Positions 60,774-64,000 of a DNA stretch of 64,000 nt are shown here, in pieces (the first letter of the stretch is position 1; each line of letters opens with the position of its first letter). The translations under genes were made by a program, and so were the position numbers. This DNA is from Ignavibacteria bacterium (GTDB lineage Bacteria > Bacteroidota > Ignavibacteria > SZUA-365), in assembly GCA_016720835.1 (NCBI GenBank), contig JADKJW010000001.1, forward strand, positions 616,230 through 680,229, read 5' to 3'. The notes under the pieces are model-generated. The model worked only from the letters and a program-made list of their open reading frames with translations, was not told where the DNA came from and ran no database searches.

Positions 60774-63032
60774 ATGTCCGAATCAGCCGCATCGCCTCCG
60801 AGGGGCGCCGCGCAGGTGCTCAGTCTCCCCGTGGAGGGGATGACCTGCGCCAGCTGCGTGCTCCGCGTTGAAAAGACGCTGAAGAAAACCGACGGCGTGC
60901 TGCAGGCCAGCGTCAATCTCGCGACCAACCGCGCCCTCATCGAAATCGATCCCACCGTCGCCTCACTCGAGCAGCTGCGCGAGGCGGTGGCCGACGCCGG
61001 CTACGCGCTCGTGCTGCCCGCGCGCGCGGACGAAAGCGCCGACGACGTGAGCGCCGCGCAGGAAGCCCGCGAACAGGCGGCCTCCGCGACGCTGCGGCGC
61101 GAGTTCATCTTCGCCGCGGCCGTCACCGCGCCGGTCATGGCGCTCAGCATGCTGATGATGCTCGACGCCTTCCGCGCGGCCTGGCCGATGGCGATGGACG
61201 AAACCAACCGCCTGCTGCTCGTGCTCACCGCACCGGTGCTCTTCATCTCCGGCAAACGATTCTTCGTCGGTTTCTGGAAGGGCCTCGCGCATCTGACGGC
61301 GGACATGAACACGCTGGTCGCGGTCGGCACCGGCGCCGCCTTCATCTACAGCACCGTCGCCACGCTCTTCCCCTCCGCGCTCGGACTGCATGCGGCGCAC
61401 GCGGACGTGTACTTCGACACTTCGGCCACCATCATCACGCTCATCCTCATGGGCCGACTGCTCGAGTCGCGCGCCAAAAGCCGCGCCTCGGGCGCGATAC
61501 GCGCGCTCGCACAGCTGCAACCGCCCACCGCGCGCGTGCTCCGCTTCGGAAATGAAATGGACATCCCCGCGCGCGAGGTGGTGACGGGCGACCTCGTCAT
61601 CATCCGTCCCGGCGAGCGCATCCCGGTGGACGGCCTCGTGACGAAAGGCGAAACCTCCGTCGATGAATCGCTGGTGACGGGCGAGAGCCTGCCGGTCGAA
61701 AAGCGCGAGGGCGACCGCGTCATCGGCGGCACGATCAACGCGCACGGCAGCCTGGAACTGCGCGCCACGGCGGTGGGCAAGGACACCGTGCTGGCGCAGA
61801 TCGTCCGCCTCGTCGAGCAGGCGCAGGGCTCCAAGGCCCCGGTGCAGAAGCTCGCCGACAGGATCGCCTCCGTCTTCGTGCCCGTCGTGATCGGCATCGC
61901 GCTGCTGACCTTTGCGGTCTGTTTCTTCTTTACGGACATCGGCGCCACGGCGTCGATGATCCGCATGATCGCCGTGCTCATCATCGCCTGCCCCTGCGCG
62001 CTGGGCCTCGCAACGCCCGCCGCCATCATGGTGGGCGTCGGCGTCGGCGCGGAAAAGGGCATCCTCATCCGCAATGCCGAAGCCCTCGAGCGCGCGCACC
62101 GCATCACGGTGGTGGTGCTCGACAAGACCGGCACGCTGACCGAGGGCACGCCTTCGGTGACCGACGTCATTGCGATGGACGGCACGGACCCCGACCGTCT
62201 CGTCGCACTCGCGGCCGCGGCGGAACGCGGTTCCGAACATCCCCTTGCACGCGCCGTGCTCGCCGAGGCAAAACGACGAGGCGTCGACGTGCCCGCGGCG
62301 GACTCCTTCCGCGCCCTGCCCGGACTCGGCGTCATCGCGACGGCGGGAGACGACAGCATCGTCGCCGGAAACACGACCATCCTGTCCGAATTTGCCATTC
62401 ATGCCGCTCTCCCTTCCGAAGCGGACGCGCTCTCGGCCGACGGCAAGACGCTCATCCACATCGCGCTCAACGGCGCGTACGCGGGCAGCATCGCCATTGC
62501 GGACCGCCTCCGTCCCAGCTCCGCCGCGGCCGTGGAAGCCCTGCGCGCGCTCGGCTGCGAGGTGGTGATGCTGAGCGGCGACAACGAGGCCACGGCCAAC
62601 GCCATTGCGCGCAGCGCCGGTATCACGCGCGTCTACGCGCAGGTGCTGCCGGAGCAGAAAGCCGAGCGGGTCAGGGAGCTGCAGGCCGACGGCAGCGTCG
62701 TGGCCATGGTGGGCGACGGTGTGAACGACGCGCCCGCGCTGGCGCAGGCCGACGTGGGCATCGCGATGGCGAGCGGCACCGACGTCGCGATGGAGAGCGC
62801 CGACATCACGCTGATGCGCAGCGATCCGGCGGGCATCGCGCAGGCGCTGCGTCTCTCGGCGCGCACCATCGCCAAGATCCGCCAGAACCTGTTCTGGGCC
62901 TTCTTCTACAACGTGATCGGGATCCCCCTCGCCGCCCTCGGTCTCCTCAATCCCATGATCGCCGCGGCAGCCATGGCCTTCAGCTCGGTGAGCGTGGTGA
63001 CGAATGCGCTGTTGTTGAAGCGGTTCAAGTAG
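60774..63032 (+). CDS. copA: copper-translocating P1B-type ATPase
   Basis: N-terminal HMA GMTCASC; CPC transduction motif; DKTGTLT phosphorylation site; GDGVNDAP hinge. Confidence 0.9.
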   Translation: MSESAASPPRGAAQVLSLPVEGMTCASCVLRVEKTLKKTDGVLQASVNLATNRALIEIDPTVASLEQLREAVADAGYALVLPARADESADDVSAAQEAREQAASATLRREFIFAAAVTAPVMALSMLMMLDAFRAAWPMAMDETNRLLLVLTAPVLFISGKRFFVGFWKGLAHLTADMNTLVAVGTGAAFIYSTVATLFPSALGLHAAHADVYFDTSATIITLILMGRLLESRAKSRASGAIRALAQLQPPTARVLRFGNEMDIPAREVVTGDLVIIRPGERIPVDGLVTKGETSVDESLVTGESLPVEKREGDRVIGGTINAHGSLELRATAVGKDTVLAQIVRLVEQAQGSKAPVQKLADRIASVFVPVVIGIALLTFAVCFFFTDIGATASMIRMIAVLIIACPCALGLATPAAIMVGVGVGAEKGILIRNAEALERAHRITVVVLDKTGTLTEGTPSVTDVIAMDGTDPDRLVALAAAAERGSEHPLARAVLAEAKRRGVDVPAADSFRALPGLGVIATAGDDSIVAGNTTILSEFAIHAALPSEADALSADGKTLIHIALNGAYAGSIAIADRLRPSSAAAVEALRALGCEVVMLSGDNEATANAIARSAGITRVYAQVLPEQKAERVRELQADGSVVAMVGDGVNDAPALAQADVGIAMASGTDVAMESADITLMRSDPAGIAQALRLSARTIAKIRQNLFWAFFYNVIGIPLAALGLLNPMIAAAAMAFSSVSVVTNALLLKRFK

Positions 63033-63048
63033 CCTCGGGGTTTGTTCA

Positions 63049-63121
63049 CATCGGAATCGACAAGCGGGACGCTTGCCTGCCCACCGAAGCTTCGCGAAGC
63101 AAAGCGCAGGCGGAGTCCCAC
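63049..63121. repeat. 75-bp repeat element, copy 2 (inverted relative to 57159-57232)
   Basis: See copy 1. An additional partial direct repeat lies at 63125-63175. Confidence 0.85.
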
Positions 63122-63280
63122 CCTGGCGGGGTTTGTTCACATCGGAATCGGACAAGCACGGAGGCTTGTCCCTACCCCGGATTTTTACTCCCAACTCCCT
63201 ACTCCCCACCCTCTTCTGCCTTGCGAGTGGCCATCGCAGTCGCGAACTTGCGCAATCGCACACGCACATCCGGGGTGGCC

Positions 63281-64000
63281 ATGGGACGGATTGGATACAC
63301 ACTCGCGCTGCTGCTGCTGCTTGCCGGAGCAACAACCGCACAGACTTCATGGATGGCTCATACTCCTGATGCGCTGAAACAGCAGCCACTGACCGGCGTG
63401 GCATGTCCGGATTCCATGTCCATCGTCGTCGCCACGTCCTACGGAGTCATCCTTCGCAGCGCGGACCGCGGTGCCACCTGGGCGAACGCTCCGATCGCCG
63501 GTTTGACAGGCAAGGCCTTCCTCGCAATCTCCTTCGCCGATGCGCGCCACGGCATGGCGGCGGGAGCACTCGGCAACACCGCGCGGAGCAGCGACGGCGG
63601 GGCGACGTGGACCGCTACACCCATGAGCAGAACCGGGGCCACGATGTGGTTCCGCGCCGTTGCGAATCCCGTGCCGTCCATCGCGGTCGTTGCGGGCGAT
63701 TCGGGCATCATCATGACGACGCGCGACGCCGGTGACACCTGGACGCGCGCTTCGAGTCCGGTCACGGCGCGGCTGTACGGCATCTCCTTTCCGGACACCA
63801 CTGTCGGATATTGTTGCGGCGCGGGCGGGACCATCCTGAAGTCGACGGACCTCGGCCGGAGCTGGGTGGCGCAGGCGTCGAGCACCGCGCGCGACCTGCG
63901 CGCGATCCACTTCACGGACCGCGCGCACGGCTATGCCGTCGCGGACTGGCTCGTCGTGAAAACCACCGACGGCGGCACGACGTGGACGCCTGAAACCGGG
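63281..64000 (+). CDS. BNR/Asp-box repeat protein (Ycf48-like / sialidase-fold), 3'-partial
   Basis: Own translation in frame 2 from ATG 63281 shows no stop through the window end, so the ORF track missed it. Signal peptide plus five SxDxGxTW Asp-box repeats (SADRGATW, SSDGGATW, TRDAGDTW, STDLGRSW, TTDGGTTW). Confidence 0.65.
   Translation, partial: MGRIGYTLALLLLLAGATTAQTSWMAHTPDALKQQPLTGVACPDSMSIVVATSYGVILRSADRGATWANAPIAGLTGKAFLAISFADARHGMAAGALGNTARSSDGGATWTATPMSRTGATMWFRAVANPVPSIAVVAGDSGIIMTTRDAGDTWTRASSPVTARLYGISFPDTTVGYCCGAGGTILKSTDLGRSWVAQASSTARDLRAIHFTDRAHGYAVADWLVVKTTDGGTTWTPETG

Noticed and set aside
1-64000. CRISPR arrays, rRNA/tRNA genes, integrases/transposases
   Set aside because: No evenly spaced repeat-spacer arrays, no tRNA-like cloverleaf candidates or rRNA-like segments, and no recombinase motifs were seen. 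The repeats present are short REP/MITE-like or tandem simple repeats.

Overview
This is a high-GC (about 65%) bacterial chromosomal segment. T9SS C-terminal sorting domains on several secreted proteins point to an FCB-group organism (Bacteroidota/Rhodothermota/Chlorobi-like); I cannot place it more precisely.

The first 11 kb is a nearly complete heme biosynthesis cluster on the minus strand: ccsA/hemX-like, then hemA-hemC-hemD with ATGA overlaps, then hemE, hemN, hemH, hemY and hemB. The hemY-hemH spacer is packed with short interspersed repeats.

The middle of the window carries housekeeping and sensory genes:
- Nfu, TonB, a POT transporter, a photolyase, a flotillin, a YbaK deacylase and an FKBP.
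- Three two-component modules, including a roughly 1140-aa multi-PAS/GAF kinase with a HisKA_3 core and a NarL-type regulator.
- A lone AmmeMemoRadiSam-type radical SAM enzyme.
- A VWA protein and ConA-like proteins with T9SS tails.
- A transglutaminase/DUF58/MoxR locus in an unusual order.
- A copZ-copA copper-efflux pair.

The most unusual content:
1. A gluconeogenic pair in which a class-I aspartate aminotransferase is translationally fused to a second, divergent PEPCK-like P-loop domain, immediately upstream of a full-length ATP-type pckA.
2. A DUF4160/DUF2442 (toxin-antitoxin-like) cassette inserted at the 3' end of a DUF1697 gene and flanked by a roughly 105-bp direct duplication of that gene end.
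3. A three-gene operon of large Cys-rich lipoproteins/OMP-like proteins (PD40-repeat protein plus two unknowns) with a roughly 160-bp near-pure poly-G tract in its upstream region. The tract is either a 2-colour-sequencing artifact or an extraordinary homopolymer.
4. Inverted 75-bp repeat copies bracketing a 5.8-kb segment that contains a T9SS protein, a tail-fibre-like S74-chaperone protein and the cop genes.
5. Several families of short palindromic/REP-like and simple tandem repeats in nearly every intergenic spacer.
6. A truncated HepT toxin remnant.
7. A BNR-repeat ORF running off the 3' end that the ORF track missed.

Many long Arg/Gly-rich ORFs in the track are antisense artefacts of the high GC content and were discarded.
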